NCBI RefSeq assembly: GCF_018977255.1
Contig: NW_024704743.1
Coordinates: 99,264,001-99,328,000 of the forward strand
DNA: 64,000 nt
Direction of reading: 5' to 3'
DNA from: Callorhinchus milii
Lineage: Eukaryota
The notes beneath the pieces are model-generated. The model was not told the origin of the DNA. It ran no database searches and saw only the letters and a program-made list of their open reading frames with translations. A program made the translations under genes and the position numbers. Below, one piece after another: positions 50,286 to 64,000 of the stretch. The first letter of the stretch is position 1, and each line of letters begins with the position of its first letter.

Positions 50286-52924
50286 ACGATTCAAGCTGCA
50301 TCCTACAACATACTGAAACAATCACTCACTGAGAGAACTTTTCTCCAGAAAATATTTGAATTTACCTGTACTGTACTTTGATCTAACTATATTTACAATA
50401 CACCCAGATGACTTCAAAGGCAGAAACAAAGAGGGCAGCTCTTTTTAAGTTATTCAACACTTCAGCTTTGCTCTCTATTGATCATGTCTTCAAACCTCTA
50501 GATCTCGTACTGAAAGCCTGACTGAAATCTCAACAGACACTGATGTTCTTTGTGCATATCTATTTCACAATACAATACAAATATTTAATGTAAACACATC
50601 TGACTTCTTCAGCAGGTCATATCTCTGATGTGCTAAAAACTATACAGGTTGAGCATCATCCACCAGGAAGTATTACATTGATAAAACACGTGACTAGTAG
50701 GCTTTGAGAAAGATGCGCTCTGTGAGTTGAATGCAATTCAGCACATAGGTCTTTGTCTAGGAGTCACAGTTATTGGTCCTCTCAGCCACTGGTTGAGGTG
50801 AATTAATAGTAACTTTACTGAGTTCTTTCATAAAAATGTATAACTTTTAATCTTCAATTAAAATCTTGTGGGAGGGAAGGGGAAAGAGAGAGAGGTAAGT
50901 TGATCCAGCTCCAAGGAATGTTGGCAAAGGCCCTTGGGCTCAACAGCAGCATTTGAAAGGGCTGACGGGGAGCAGGGATTCTTCCCACTCGCCCTCCTAT
51001 CTCCTCCCCCCACCTCAGCTCAGTGTCTGCCATCATCTCTGAAAAGTGCTCTTAAGACACTACTCTATGTAAATGGCAATATATCAATACAAAATTCTAA
51101 AGCCATTTGAAAAAGTCCTTAGGCAAAAAGGGTCACAAATGGCTGACTTCTCACCTGCAACACTGTTCATATCATTAAATATGTATTAGTTCAACGGTGA
51201 TTTTGTGAACAATATGAGTAATTTGGAGAACTATGCTCTATAGCATGTACATAATTAATGTTAGCAACTCTAGAGAGTGAATGAAAAACATTAGCGGAAC
51301 AATCAGGAAATGTTTTAACATTCCACTAACTTGCAGGGAGCAATGATACGCAAATTAAAGACCAGTTCCCTCTGAACAGAATAAAGCGTACAGCAGGATG
51401 CAAGTGACAGCATGATTATCTTCAAAGCACACATATGTTAATACCCTGTGTGAAGAGCGTAATAATAATAATAATCCTTGCATTTGATATGGCGCTTTTC
51501 TGCAAGTTGCTGTTCCTACATCGTGTTTCCAATACTGTATAGAACCAGGCTGGTAAATCTGATTCTTTTCAAGAACAACCCAATTTAATGAATTTTGGGA
51601 ATCACAAAGCCTCGAGTTGGCGATCATGGGATCACAGCTGACCTAAACAAACATCATGATCCAATTTATTATTGTAGTTGTATTTAAAATATTCATCAAC
51701 ATTTCCTTATGTAACAAGCCAGGAGGGTCATGGCAACACAAAATCCGATTGAAGCCTAGTGTTGCAGTATCTCTTGGGGGCATTTTTAAAAACACCCCTT
51801 TCACCCCTTTCAAAGGCCCACATTTGTACTCTTTTGTACTCAAAAGTATCAACTGATGCTCCAAGTCTGTTGACAAAAGGGAATTTAGTTGTTATGTACC
51901 ACTAAAAAACAGTAATATAAAAACAAGTCGTTGAAATGTAAACGTACAATAGTTTCTACCCAGGGCTTTTCAAGGTTTATTAATTAGATTTTTTTTATAA
52001 GTTGGGGGGTTTTCAACAACAACAACAAATTACACTGATTTTTTTAAAATTTGGGATGTAACCTAGAAGGTTATGCTAGAAGGCTTAGTTGAGGAAGGGC
52101 AAGAGGAGGCTCATGTGGAGCATAAACACCAGCATAGACCAGTTGGGCCAAATAGTCTGTTTCTGTGCTGTATATTCTAATGTATTCTAATGTAAAATGT
52201 ATTCTAATGTTTAATCAGGATTTATGATTGAAACCGAAAATCAAAAACCCTATCTTTACCCGCATTGTTTGAAGAAAGTAAGGAAATATTTTCAACAAGT
52301 TATGTCAATACATCTCAAGCTGCATAGTAATTTAAAAAAAATCCCTGAATACACTGCCAGGTAAATATGTCACTTCAAGGAAAGAAGTTTTAAAAAACTT
52401 CTTAAAGTTAACAATATTTCTGACTCAAAGTCTTATGATCCACACAATCATAACCTTTTAAATGTGCTGTTCATGTATCTCACTCACATTTGCACAATTT
52501 GTCATTTTAATACCAAAAGTTCATAAATTTGTCAACACAGGTTCAACATCACTTTTTTCCATACACATAGCAAGCAATTATCATAACAGCATTCATGTTA
52601 CAACACACTTTTATTTCCTTTCAAAACCAGTTCAAAATTAATCATGCAGCAAACGTGATTTACAATAAATGTGATTAATGAAACAAAAGATGCATTTGAT
52701 AGAGGGGTCTTTCATGTCAGGATGTGGCTTCAAAGCACTTCCAGGATTTATTGTAAAGTGTAGCTAGAAGTGAACATGGAAGCCAATTTAAGCACAACAA
52801 TGCCTCAAACAGCGATGAAATGAATGGCAAATTTTATATGGGGGATTGTTGGCCAGGACACTGGTGAAACTCCCTTCCCTTTTCGAACAGTACAAAAAGA
52901 TCTTTAACAGGCAGACAGGACCTT

Positions 52925-53826
52925 TTTTCATAGATTCATAGATTTAGAGAATGTTACGGCACAGAAGGAGGCCATTCGGCCATCGAGTCTGTGCCGGCTC
53001 TTTGACAGAGCAAGTCACTTTCACTAACCCCAATCACCAGCTTTCTCCCCATAACCCTGCAAACCCGTCTTCTCCAGATACCTATCCAGTTCTCTCTTAA
53101 AAGCCTTTCAGGCAGATCATTCCAAATTCGAACAACTCGCTGAGTGAAAAAATTTCTTCTAACCTCCCCTCTACTTCTTTTGGTAGATTTCTTAAGATTG
53201 TGACCACGGGTCACAGACACACCTACCAGCGGAAACAGCTTTTCCTTATCTAGCCTGTCGAAACAATTCATGATCTTAAAGACGTCTATCAGGTCCCCGC
53301 GTAACCTTTTCTGCTCTAATGGGAAAAGTCCTAACTTCTCGAGCCTGTCCTCATAGTTAAGGTTCCCCATTCCTGGTACCATTCTCATGAATCTCCTCTG
53401 CACCCTTTCCAGTGCCTTAATGTCCTTCCTGAAGTAAGGTGCCCAGAACTGGACCCAGTACTCCAGCTGAGGCCTAACCAGTGGTTTGTACAGATTAACC
53501 ATAACCTCCCTACTCTTATACTCTATGCCCTTACCAATAAAGCTCAGTACACCAAATGCCTTTTTTTACTGCCTTATCTACCTGCCCCGCTACCTTTAAT
53601 AATTCGCTTACTTGTACACCCAGATCTCTGTACGTTCACCCCCCTTAAGATTGAGCTACCAAGTTTATATTGCCTCCTATCATTTTTCCTACCTAAGTGT
53701 ATCACCTCACACTTATCCACATTGAAATCCATCTGCCACATGTCAGCCCATTCCACCATTCTGTGTATGTCTGCTTGCAGTTGGTTACAGTCCTCCTCAC
53801 TATTTACTACCCTACCTAACTTTGTA
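52925..53826 (-). mobile_element. CR1 LINE 3' fragment (same subfamily as 34521-36737) nested in a Deu SINE
   Basis: Near identity to about 35905-36737; flanked by ACCTT duplication (52920-52924 / 53826-53830). Confidence 0.92.
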
Positions 53827-56269
53827 CCTTGGTTTAATGTCTAATCCTAAGGATGGTACCTCCAACAATTCAGCAAACTCCAAACAATGCATTGGAGTAT
53901 CAGTCTAGAGTTCAAAGTACCCACGTGGGCTTAAACTCACAGCCTTCTCACTCAGAGAGTGCTACTGAGCCACTAACCAATATAGTAACCAAACCAAAAC
54001 TGTGAGAATAAGGATAGGATACAGAAGTAGCTTCACCTCTGAGAAACACCCAACTCACTGGGAACTGAGACACAAATTCATGCAATCTAAATCGATTTAA
54101 ATAAAATATTTCCCTCCTGTGTTTTTAATGTGTTTATTCATCAACACATTGTGCACGCAATTATAAATAGGCTCAGAAAAGATTTCACATAATTCTGTTT
54201 ACTACGAAGTGGTGGCCATACAAACTTCCTAACCTCAGGGCAGATTAATCAAAAATCTATAGTCTCAACTCAATTTAGCTCCTATCCTAGAGCTGTTATC
54301 TGGGATCAACATAAAATATGCAAAGGCAAGCACCCATTCATTGTTACACTATCAGGATCCTAGAAAGTTTCAACTGCAGTGGGACAAAGCAACACTGTAG
54401 CCTGTAAGTTGCATATGACATTATCAGGGACAAACCAGCAACTTTCATAAAGACCATACGTATTGTCATGTATGTTGATGGCTTGAATCATGGGGTAGGG
54501 GGGGAGAGAGAGAGAACGAATACTATTTCTAAACAACGGATTTGGAGCCACCCAAGAAACCTCTGTTGCAATGATATGATATCTTAAATGATATTCATGT
54601 GATCAACTAAGATTTTACAATATACAGGTTGAGTGCCATTCATCAGAATTTTTTGTTCACTTAACATAAGAATAGCAAGTCATAAAATAGCTCCTCAAAG
54701 AGTTGGATTCTATCCCCAATTATCAAACAAAAAATCTTGATTATTCTTCCCACCCCATCTCTCCACTTTCAAACCTTCTTCACATATCCCAGCACAAAGA
54801 AATCTATGTATTATTGATTAGTTCTTCATCCCAGTTTGCACATGAAAACAATACTGTTTTCAAACAGATATTCATCTTTTTTTTAAGAGATAACAAAAAT
54901 GAACTGTTGTATTTTGTAGAGGCTGTTCCATATATCCAACTACAAGAACTTGCATTTAGATAGCACAGTTCATGTAGGACAATGTCTCGGAACACTTTAC
55001 AGGACAGGTTGGGACCTCAAGCAAAGTAGAGGGGGAGATAGATACTCATAGGCCCATGCAAAGAGAGAGGATTTAAGGTGGGAAACAAGGGGTAAGAGGT
55101 TAGGGGAGTAGGAAGTGAAAGTCTGGCTACCGATGGTGGCATGGAGAAGGTGAGGAATGCGCAGCAAGCCTCAGGTAGCTGAACGGAGTGGGCTGGTGGA
55201 AGAGTAACGTACTACTGTATGAAAATCCAATTGAAGGGATTTTAACTTTGAACCAATGTCCTCCAATAGCTTTGGTCAAACAGCCTGATAAACACATCTA
55301 CCTCATCTAAGGTCTATTGTATCCCCTTAATCTATTTTTAAAAATTAAACCTGAACTCGTAGATCATTCTAGTTGATCTTCTCAGAAAGCTCGCCTTAGC
55401 AGGTACAAACTCAATAGTATAAACCCAATCGTATAAAAATCCTCAGGTCCTATAAGAAAAGAAACAAATAATTGATCAATATTTAAATGACAGAAACCTA
55501 CTGAAACAACTGCCTTTAGCACTTGAAGATCAATGAGCAATGAGTGACATCCATTGGCAGATTAATAAAAAAACAAATTACAAAGGAAATACCTGATCCA
55601 AGCAAAGGATTTATTTGAAATTTGTAACATTTATTGGATTTCAATAATTCCCTCAGCAGAGCTAAAACCCTCAGCAATTGTAGAGTTCTGGAATTTTTAC
55701 TTCTGTTTGAGAAATGAACTACTGTGTTTAATCCCAAATTGTAACTGCAAATTCCAGCACTCGTTTCTCATGATTTCAAGTACTCAGCTGTTGGGAAAGC
55801 CATTTGTATCCTTCCACTGGGAGACATGACTTATAAATCAGTTCAGAATGAAACATTTCCCACTGTGGGAATCATCATTTGGAGTTGATAATTTCCATAA
55901 GAATGGATGATAAAAATTGTGAGTTACAGATAGCTTTTATGAAGATTTTTAAAAAAAAATACACTTTGGATGCACATAGGACAGTAAACACTCGGAAAAG
56001 TGTTCACAACTATGAAGGGGAATGCGCATAACTGGGCACTTCACATTTTCAAAGGAACCGTATCACAGTAATTTAGCCCTTTCCATTTGTAAATTATTGC
56101 ATTAGATTATTTTTAATAGGATCCAAACAATAAAAATCTATTTCAAAATATTATGGAATTCTGGACAGGTTTACACAGATTCAATAGCCAAGGTCAATAT
56201 TTCCATCTCTCAGCCTGGTCAGATAGGTTTGCCTTGTTGTGCAGGCATATTTATTTGGTTTAAGTAAAA

Positions 56270-57180
56270 ACACACAACAACAAGATTACTTTTGTATAGC
56301 ACCTTTCACGTCGGGAGGACGTCCCAAGGCTCTGGACAGTATACAGCATTTCAGACCGAGCTGGGGTCGGGGGGGGGGAGAGAAGGGAGGGGAAGGGAGG
56401 TGGCATATGGCATGGTCGAAGAGGAGGGTCTTGAGGTGGGACTTGAAGGAGGCCAAGGAGGGGGGAATTGATTTCCAGAGGTTGGGGATAGAGTGGCTGA
56501 AGGTCTCCCGCCAATGGTGGGGCGGGTGGGTCGGGGGATGTGGAGCAGGCCAGAGCCGGATGAGCGGAGGGAGCAGGCGGTTTGCTGGGGGGGTTAGGAG
56601 GTCGCAGAGGGAGGGTGGGGCGAGGCCATGTACTGGACCCCTGAAGGATAGGGAGCCAATGAAGTCGGACGAGAATGGGGGAGATGGGGTCACGGAGTTT
56701 GGTGCGGGAGAGGACACGGGCTGCAGAGTTCTGGATTATCTGCAGCCTGTGGAGGGGAGTTGGAAAGGCCGATAAGCAGGGCGTTTGGACAGTCGAGCCT
56801 GGACATGCCTTCACCTCCCCTCTCGATTCTCTACCCCCTCCTCGCTCCCTCCCTCCCTTCCCTCCCCTCACCCTGACCATTTCCCCCCTGCTCGGGTCCC
56901 AACCCAACTGTCCAGCGCCTTGGGACGTCCTCCCGACGTGAAGGGTGCTCTATAAATGCAATCTTGTTGTTGTTGTCGTTGTGGAGGTGATGAAGGCATG
57001 AACAAGTGTTTCAGCGCCTGAGGGGTGAGGTAGTGGCGGAGTCGGGCGATGTTATGGCAGTGAGGAAAGGTAGAGCGGGTCATGGCTTGGATGTGGGGAA
57101 GAAAAGACAGTTGAGGGTCGAACAAGACACCTAGGTTCCTGACTGGCTTGGTGAGTTGAAGTATGCAACCATGGAGGTCC
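56270..57180. mobile_element. Cluster of L2-clade fragments (-, +, -)
   Basis: [18 protein letters not shown]; two tails in opposite orientation. Confidence 0.8.
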
Positions 57181-60100
57181 CGACATGAAAGCCATATGAA
57201 AAAGTTGTATCAATATTGAATTATAGCAATAAACTCAGTAAATGAGGGACATTATTTCACTCAAAATTACCACCATCAATTGGTTGTTATATTGGATGGC
57301 ATTACGCTATGATCTCTATAATTTTTTGATCACAATCTCAGATTGTACCTCTCAATCTCATTGCGTGGGTGGGGGAGGGTGGAAAAGAGACAATCACAGT
57401 TTTTAAAGGAAGTAGATATAGCTCACCTGCATAAATTCCAATACGAGTAAATGTTGTTCAGGTTAATTCCCAAATTATAAATCCTTAAACAGCTCTCACT
57501 AAGGTGTCCAGTTTTATCTATTCCTAACTCTCTCCTTCCTATTCTTGGATACTCTCAGCAGGAGGATCACTTTTCTTGGCTTGGTTAGTGGAAAGATGAT
57601 TGTTGCTGAAGGGAATATTGACCAGCTGCAAAAGAGGTGCGTCTATGAGTTCAAACAAACCTAGTCAAACAATCACAATAATGAAACTAAATGTACTTCA
57701 CTAGTGGCTTAGAGTTAAATACTGAACAGAAACATAATCCATTTCTGAAATATAATCATTTTGTAAGAGCTGCTCAAGTTTCAAATTCAGCAAAAAAAAT
57801 GCCAGCATAATGAATACAAAAATACTAAGGTCTAAAGTATTATTTTAGAAAACACAGAAAATCTGAAAAATTAATTTATTATAGTCAATACTATGGTCAA
57901 ATCTATTTATGTATTAATTTCATTTTGTCCAATAAATTTCTCATCAACTGAATTGTTCATGGTATACCCTCTGCAGTTGTATTAGAATTAATCATCATAT
58001 TATGAACATCACCATACATCAAGCTCATGGTTCACAATCTCCTCCGTATGAATTTGAAACCAACATACAATGCTTAAAATTAAAATAAACCAAAAAGTGA
58101 GTATAAGGTAATAAACTGAAAGCATTATTGAAACACCAAGTTATATATCATCCAGGTTTTACTCTGTAAACACAGTTATCTGAGCCTGATTACTGTTCTT
58201 TAACTTAAAAGCATAAATAATAAATCTGTTATTTTAGATAACTCCGTTAGTACATGTGATTATTACTGTCCACAGTGACAGCCTCTAACAATCTGGACTT
58301 CCAGTAATACATTGCAAAATATATTATTGGAGAAAGAGAGTGGAATCACTATGCCTATTTACTGAGTGTTATTGTAGACTGTAAGAATGTTAGCCAAGGG
58401 CAGGGTTGGCTGCAGAATTGGAAAGGATTGAGTAATAGGGAGCTATGCAAATTAGTTAGTTCTTTGCCCCTATACGTCCACTGCATGAAATTGACATTTA
58501 TTCACAAAACACAATTATTGCACTTTACTATATACCCTGTGAAAAGCTTTGAACCGCCTCCCAACCCGAAAGGTACACATGTAAGGATTATTATTAATAT
58601 TATTATTAAGCACGCTTGATGCTTCTCAAAAATGGCCAATGTTTTAAATGGAAAAGATAAGTTCCATTGGTATAGGAGTGCTCTTCCGAAGTTAAGTCAC
58701 AACAAATAAAACTTTACATTGTATCTTGTTGATTATGCACACACCTTACTTTGAGGGCTCAACAAGTATAACAAAGGTACAAACGGCAGAAGATGTATGT
58801 AGAGGCATCAGGCACAAGTGGTTCTATCTGATCTAATGTAGGTGAATGCTGAGATTAACAGCACAGATCAGCAGCCCTGACAAAACTATTGGGTTATGAA
58901 ATCTAGTTAAAATATCCTACTCTGAAAATTACAAATATGTAATTAATAGACAACCCTAAGTGTAGGATTGGATCATAGAAGGAACATCCTAGATTAATCA
59001 CTCATAACAGGTAAACAAAACCACATTGCATTAGGTGGCCACATAGTGTTCACATTAACATTAGGGTGCAATCTAACTCAATGATAATGATCTCATTGCA
59101 GGATTTTTTCACAGATTAATACTGTTTGAGAATGTTTTTCCCCCCAATGTGTACATTTACCAATGGATGTAATAAATGATTCAGCAAGGCCCAATGCTAA
59201 TTTCATAAAATAAATGGCTTATGTTGTATTATTCCTACTTCAGATTTACCGTAGTTTCACAATTATTCAGAGTACCACCTAAAAACGTGTCTGAAGTACA
59301 ACTAGGTAAAACTACCTTGATCATACAACACTGTACTAAGCTGCAAAGATAAGCCACATTGTTGAAAATGAAGCAAAAAGGAGCCAAATGCCTTCAGGAG
59401 ATGACAGCAGTGCAACAATTTGGCAAGAAAAAAAGGTCCTGATCAAGCATGCGTTTAGTATCTCACATAACAATGCTGAGCAAGTTCCAGCTTATTCACA
59501 TTTCATTAGACATCAGTGCTAGTTTTGTTATTCAGACAAAAGTTTCCTGTAAAGCAGAACCTGCAGAACCAGCTTGAGTGAGCGCCAACAGTTTCAGACG
59601 AGCACCAACCACCATTAAGTGAAATGCATGATCCATTTTAACTTCATAGCTGACAGTAAATTAGATTAATTAAGGTACATGTGCTGTATAAGAATCAGAA
59701 GCCCACTTTTAAAGCTTGGCACCAAATTCCAACACTAGTAGTACCAGGTTTAAAATTCTTAACAGAAAGTACAAAAATGACTGAAATATACATCATTATC
59801 CTTGCCAAAAAAATTGAAGGAAAAATAAATAAGATTTCCTTAGTACAATATCAGAACTTATTTTCTTTAGCTTGAATGGCTTGCAGTTCACCTGTGGCTC
59901 CGATTTCTATATCAACATAAAATAAAGATTGTAATGTTGTAAAGCATGGAAAAACACTCAAACCTAAGAATGCAATAATTACGTAACACTAGTTTGTTAC
60001 ACTAGTTTGAGGGGCCTCCTCAATCTTTTGTGATAAGCAGAGAAAATGTGTGGGCTGTTGTAAACTGTCTTACAGTTTTCAAGGAGAGCAAACGGGGGAG

Positions 60101-60502
60101 TATACAACTACAGTACATGACGCCCCACCAGAAAACAAGAGATTTAGGAATCAAATTAAGATTCCCGTAACAGAGTTTGATTAAATCCTGGTCACTAAGA
60201 GAAAGAGAGAAGCTGGTATAGAGGTCTGGGGCCACTCGATAAAACATTCTTTATAAAAACTATCTCTGCTTCAGTCTCCCTTAGTTTGTGTTGGCCGCGT
60301 CATTTTGGTCTTATCTTCCTTTTGCTGCTCATATCTCTTAATCTATCAACATGTGTGTTTCTCTATCTGTGAATAACCTCCCACGACCGTTTGTGGGACA
60401 CTGCTGTGCACAATTGGCTGCTGTGTTTTACCCACAAAATACAGTCAATTCACTTTACAGTACATTTTGTGAAGCGCTTTGAGACGTCTTGAAGATGTGA
60501 TA

Positions 60503-61275
60503 ACAACAACAAAATTACATTGCATAGTGCCTTTCATGTCGGAAGGATGTCCCAAGGCGCTGGACAGACAGAGTTTCGGAGCTGAGCTGGGAGTGGGGTA
60601 GGGGGGAGGGCAGGGGTGGGGAAGCAGGGAGATCGAAAGCACGGTCGAAGAGGAGGGTCTTGAAGGAGGCAAGGGAGGGGATGAGACCAATAGTGTGGCG
60701 AGCGTGGTGGGGGAAGTGAAGTAGGCTGGAGCGCGCTGAGTGGAGGAAGAGAGTAGGATGGTAGGGGTTAGGAGGTCGCAGAGGTAGAGGTGAGCAAGAC
60801 CATGAAGGGCTTTAAAGGTGAGGACCAGGATCTTGAGCTGTCAATGCCTGAGGTGAGGAGGTGCTGACGGGAGCCAAACATGAGAGTCTCGGTCTTGTTG
60901 ACTGAAGAAAATTAGCTCTCATCCAGGACTTGATATCCGACAGACATTCTGTCAGGACAGCAGTGGTCGTGGAGTCGAGGGTGGAGGCAGAGAGGTAGAG
61001 TTGGGTGTCATCCGCATACATGTGGAAGTTGACCCCATGTCACCAAGAGGGAGCATACAGATATTGAAGAGGAGGGGACCAAGGAGCCCTGAGGAACTCC
61101 ACACGAGATGGTGCGGGGGCTGGAGGAGAAACCGTTTGTGGAGATGAAGTGGAAGCGGTGTGAGAGGTACAATCTGAACCAATCAAGGACAGAACCATGA
61201 AGGTTGAGGTGAGAGGAGAGGCGGTGAATGAGGATAGAGTGGTCGAAGGCAGCAGAAATGTCAAGGAGGACAAGG
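60503..61275 (-). mobile_element. L2-clade LINE RT/3' fragment nested in SINE A (60385-60502 / 61276-61311)
   Basis: HMYADDTQLY RT motif; (CAA)n tail; SINE tail aggcgctata..ttatta resumes after the insert. Confidence 0.88.
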
Positions 61276-62874
61276 AGGCGCTATATTAAATGAAAGATTA
61301 TAATTATTATTAAAAGTAGTGTAGATATCTCAGGTCAAGCTGTTCTAGTTTTGTGTAAGGCCCTGAGGTTATGCCTATGAACGATCCCTTTATTTCATGT
61401 ATATAGTACAGTATTAGGTTACTGGATAGGCAGATCTTTATCATGACTGGCACCATTGATTCTTTGATTTTTAAAAAAGTCACAAGATATTAAATTACAA
61501 GGTTCCATATTAACTGCAGCAGAATTGTGATCATCCAGCATTGTAATGTGATGCCCCTTCATGGTAGAAAACTGGAATTGGTGGATAATAAATAAAATAA
61601 TAACTGGTCACTCAATCCACGGCTGTTTGTGGGACACTAGCGTGTGCAATTGGCTGCCGCGTTTTGTCCACTAAATACACAGTGAATACACTTTCTAATA
61701 TATTCTGTGAAGCACTTTGAAACATCTCAATGACGCGATAAGGCGCTATATCAAATTATTATAATATATAAAGATTATTATTATAATGAAGAGTTTCCCT
61801 ACCTACATCAATCAATATCAAAAAACAGATCTTTGTACTCCACATGCAAAAAAAAAATTAATTGTACAAATTACTTACAGGACAAAACATCCTGGCAGAA
61901 ACCAGGTGGCCAATGATGAAGGTTTCATTATACTTTACCACAACATAGTTTGCCACAATTATTTTAATAGCTTTTAGCAGCCTTAATAGAGTAGAGAGGA
62001 AGAGACAAGTCATGGTTTTTGCTCTTGTTGAAAACTGTGGATGCCAGGTCAAAATGGAATCAATATCAGCTGTGTGCTCCTTTGACATTTCTTCTCACAG
62101 AGAGTTGTGGGAATGTGGAATGCAGTGGTCCAGAAGGTCGGAGAGGCACAATCAATTGGGATGTTTCAAAAGGAGACAGGAACATGGGAAGCAAGTATAA
62201 GGGGGTATGGAAAAGGCGGGAAGTGGGATTAAAAGATCCAGAATTATTGGTCACAGATATATACAGTCACATCACTTAACAGTATATTCCTGTTAAGTGC
62301 GTTTTGAGATGCCTCGACAACGTGATAAGGCACAATGCCAAATGTGAAGATTACTATTATATTATAATAAACTGGCAGAGCAGACTCGATGGGTTGAATG
62401 GCCTCCTCAGTGTTATGTTCCATGGCTTTCATAGCCTGTGACACTCATCATTAATATTCAAAAATAAATGGTGTGCAAGGTAACAGAGGGTATTTAGAGC
62501 CAGTGAAACTGTACCTTAGTAAAAAGGAAAGAGGAGTTAAATTCATGAGGACACTGAAGGGGAAATTTTAGAGTTTTGAGTTTACAATTGGTGAAGATAA
62601 TGCTGTCATAGGACAGTTTACAATTATATAGGTGTGATAAAGAATGTGTGGATTATCGCATGCGTTGAAACAGACATCTGTGTGCTAAAGATCTTAAGAG
62701 TAATGGTATCAACTGTCAGATAGTCAGTTTATAAACCTACAGCAACTCCAAATGGTGGCAACAAACTGCATTTCTCTATTGGATTAATTTAGTGTTTTGT
62801 TTATGTAACAGATACAGAATAATTTCAATACCTATATTGCTTAACAACAACACTTTTTCACAAAATCATATATA

Positions 62875-63441
62875 TAATAATAATAATCCTTGCATTTGAT
62901 ATAGCGCTTTTCACATCAGGAGGACGTCCCAAAGCGCTTCACAGAACACACTGTAAAGTGATTTGACTGTATATTTGTGGGCAAATCGGCAGCCAATTGC
63001 GCACAGCAATGTCCCACAAACAGTCGTAGATTGAAAATGACCAATTTGGAGGGATTATTATTAGTGTGGAGTAAGGAAACTTGCCCAAGGTTTCGCCCTG
63101 ACCTGCCTGGAATTGAACTCAGGTCTCTCGCTTGCAAATAATAATAATAATAATAATCCTTGCATTTGATATAGCGCTTTTCACGTCGGGAGGACGTCCC
63201 AAAGCGCTTCACAGAATATACTGTAAAGTGAATTAACTGTATATTTGTGGGCGAACGCGGCAGCCAATTGCGCACAGCAATGTCCACAAACAGTCGTAGA
63301 TTGAAAATGACCAATTTGGAGGGATTATTATTAGGCGTGTGGAGTAAGGAAACTTGCCCAAGGTTTCGCCCTGTGCCTGGAATTGAACTCAGGTCTCTCA
63401 CTTGCAAAGCGAGTGCTCTAACCACTGAGCTACAGGACTCC
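62875..63441 (-). mobile_element. Tandem dimer of SINE family A
   Basis: Full copy 63137-63441 followed directly by an A-box-less copy 62875-63137. Confidence 0.9.
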
Positions 63442-64000
63442 ATATCTTAAATATAAACCTGATGCATTTGCAATCTCATAATATATAATCATTGCATTTG
63501 ATATAACTCCTTAACTGTCACTGAAACATCTCAAAGCACTTCACAGGATTTACTGCACTGTAGTAACTGTATTCTGTAGGCAATTATCTGCCAGGCAAAC
63601 ACAACACGAATCTTTCACAGGCTGTTTGATACATCGGTGGCAAAGTGATTTGACAAGTTTTTAAACAGTATTTGTGATAACAAATGAAGCACCAGCAAAA
63701 TTAGGGGGAAAATGACATTTTTTGTTACTCTCTCGTGTCCACCGTTTAAACAACACTGCAATGTTTAACAACTTTACGTGCGGAAACAAAACTACTGGAC
63801 TCGTTTGTTTTTAGACTTGATAAGGATGCTTTTGGAATGCTTGTACTTTTAAATATAAATCTCCTTCCTTCCTCTTCCCCCACCCTAGCAACAAAACAAC
63901 AGAACTGTCTCATGACACCCTTATCTAGACGTTTCAATGTCTGAAAGTAAAACTACCTTTTAGGCTTGTTATTAAATACCTTTAACTGCTTGGTACACAA

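Noticed and set aside
50642..54640. Two tacaggttgag motifs resembling Tigger/mariner TIR starts
   Set aside because: Same orientation and no matching inverted partner was found.
57420..57600. Possible non-coding 5' exon of YES1 (minus-strand gcag|gtgagc donor)
   Set aside because: Only a donor-like motif; no CpG island or promoter evidence. Exon 1 probably lies beyond the window.

Overview
AT-rich vertebrate genomic DNA. The repeat content (CR1 and L2 LINEs, tRNA-derived Deu-type SINEs, a shark-type inverted repeat) suggests a cartilaginous fish, possibly a chimaera; this is an inference. Two intron-containing genes lie convergently. TYMS is on the + strand: exons 2-7 at 438-7466, with exon 1 upstream of the window. 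The Src-family kinase YES1 is on the - strand: 11 coding exons at 41727-25328, with the non-coding exon 1 not found in the window. Exon lengths and phases match the mammalian genes as I recall them. In other vertebrates ENOSF1 (the TYMS antisense partner) sits between these two genes. Here no intact ENOSF1 is visible, but a decayed exon remains at 13671-13753 on the - strand with two CAG>TAG stops and a lost splice donor, pointing to a unitary pseudogene. The first coding exon of YES1 has a 1-nt frameshift just after MGCIKSK, more likely a homopolymer assembly error than biology. Other observations include a two-copy non-autonomous Helitron family with a RepHel N-terminal relic, a young SINE that shares its 3' tail with an L2 LINE, nested TE insertions, and two near-perfect intronic hairpins.
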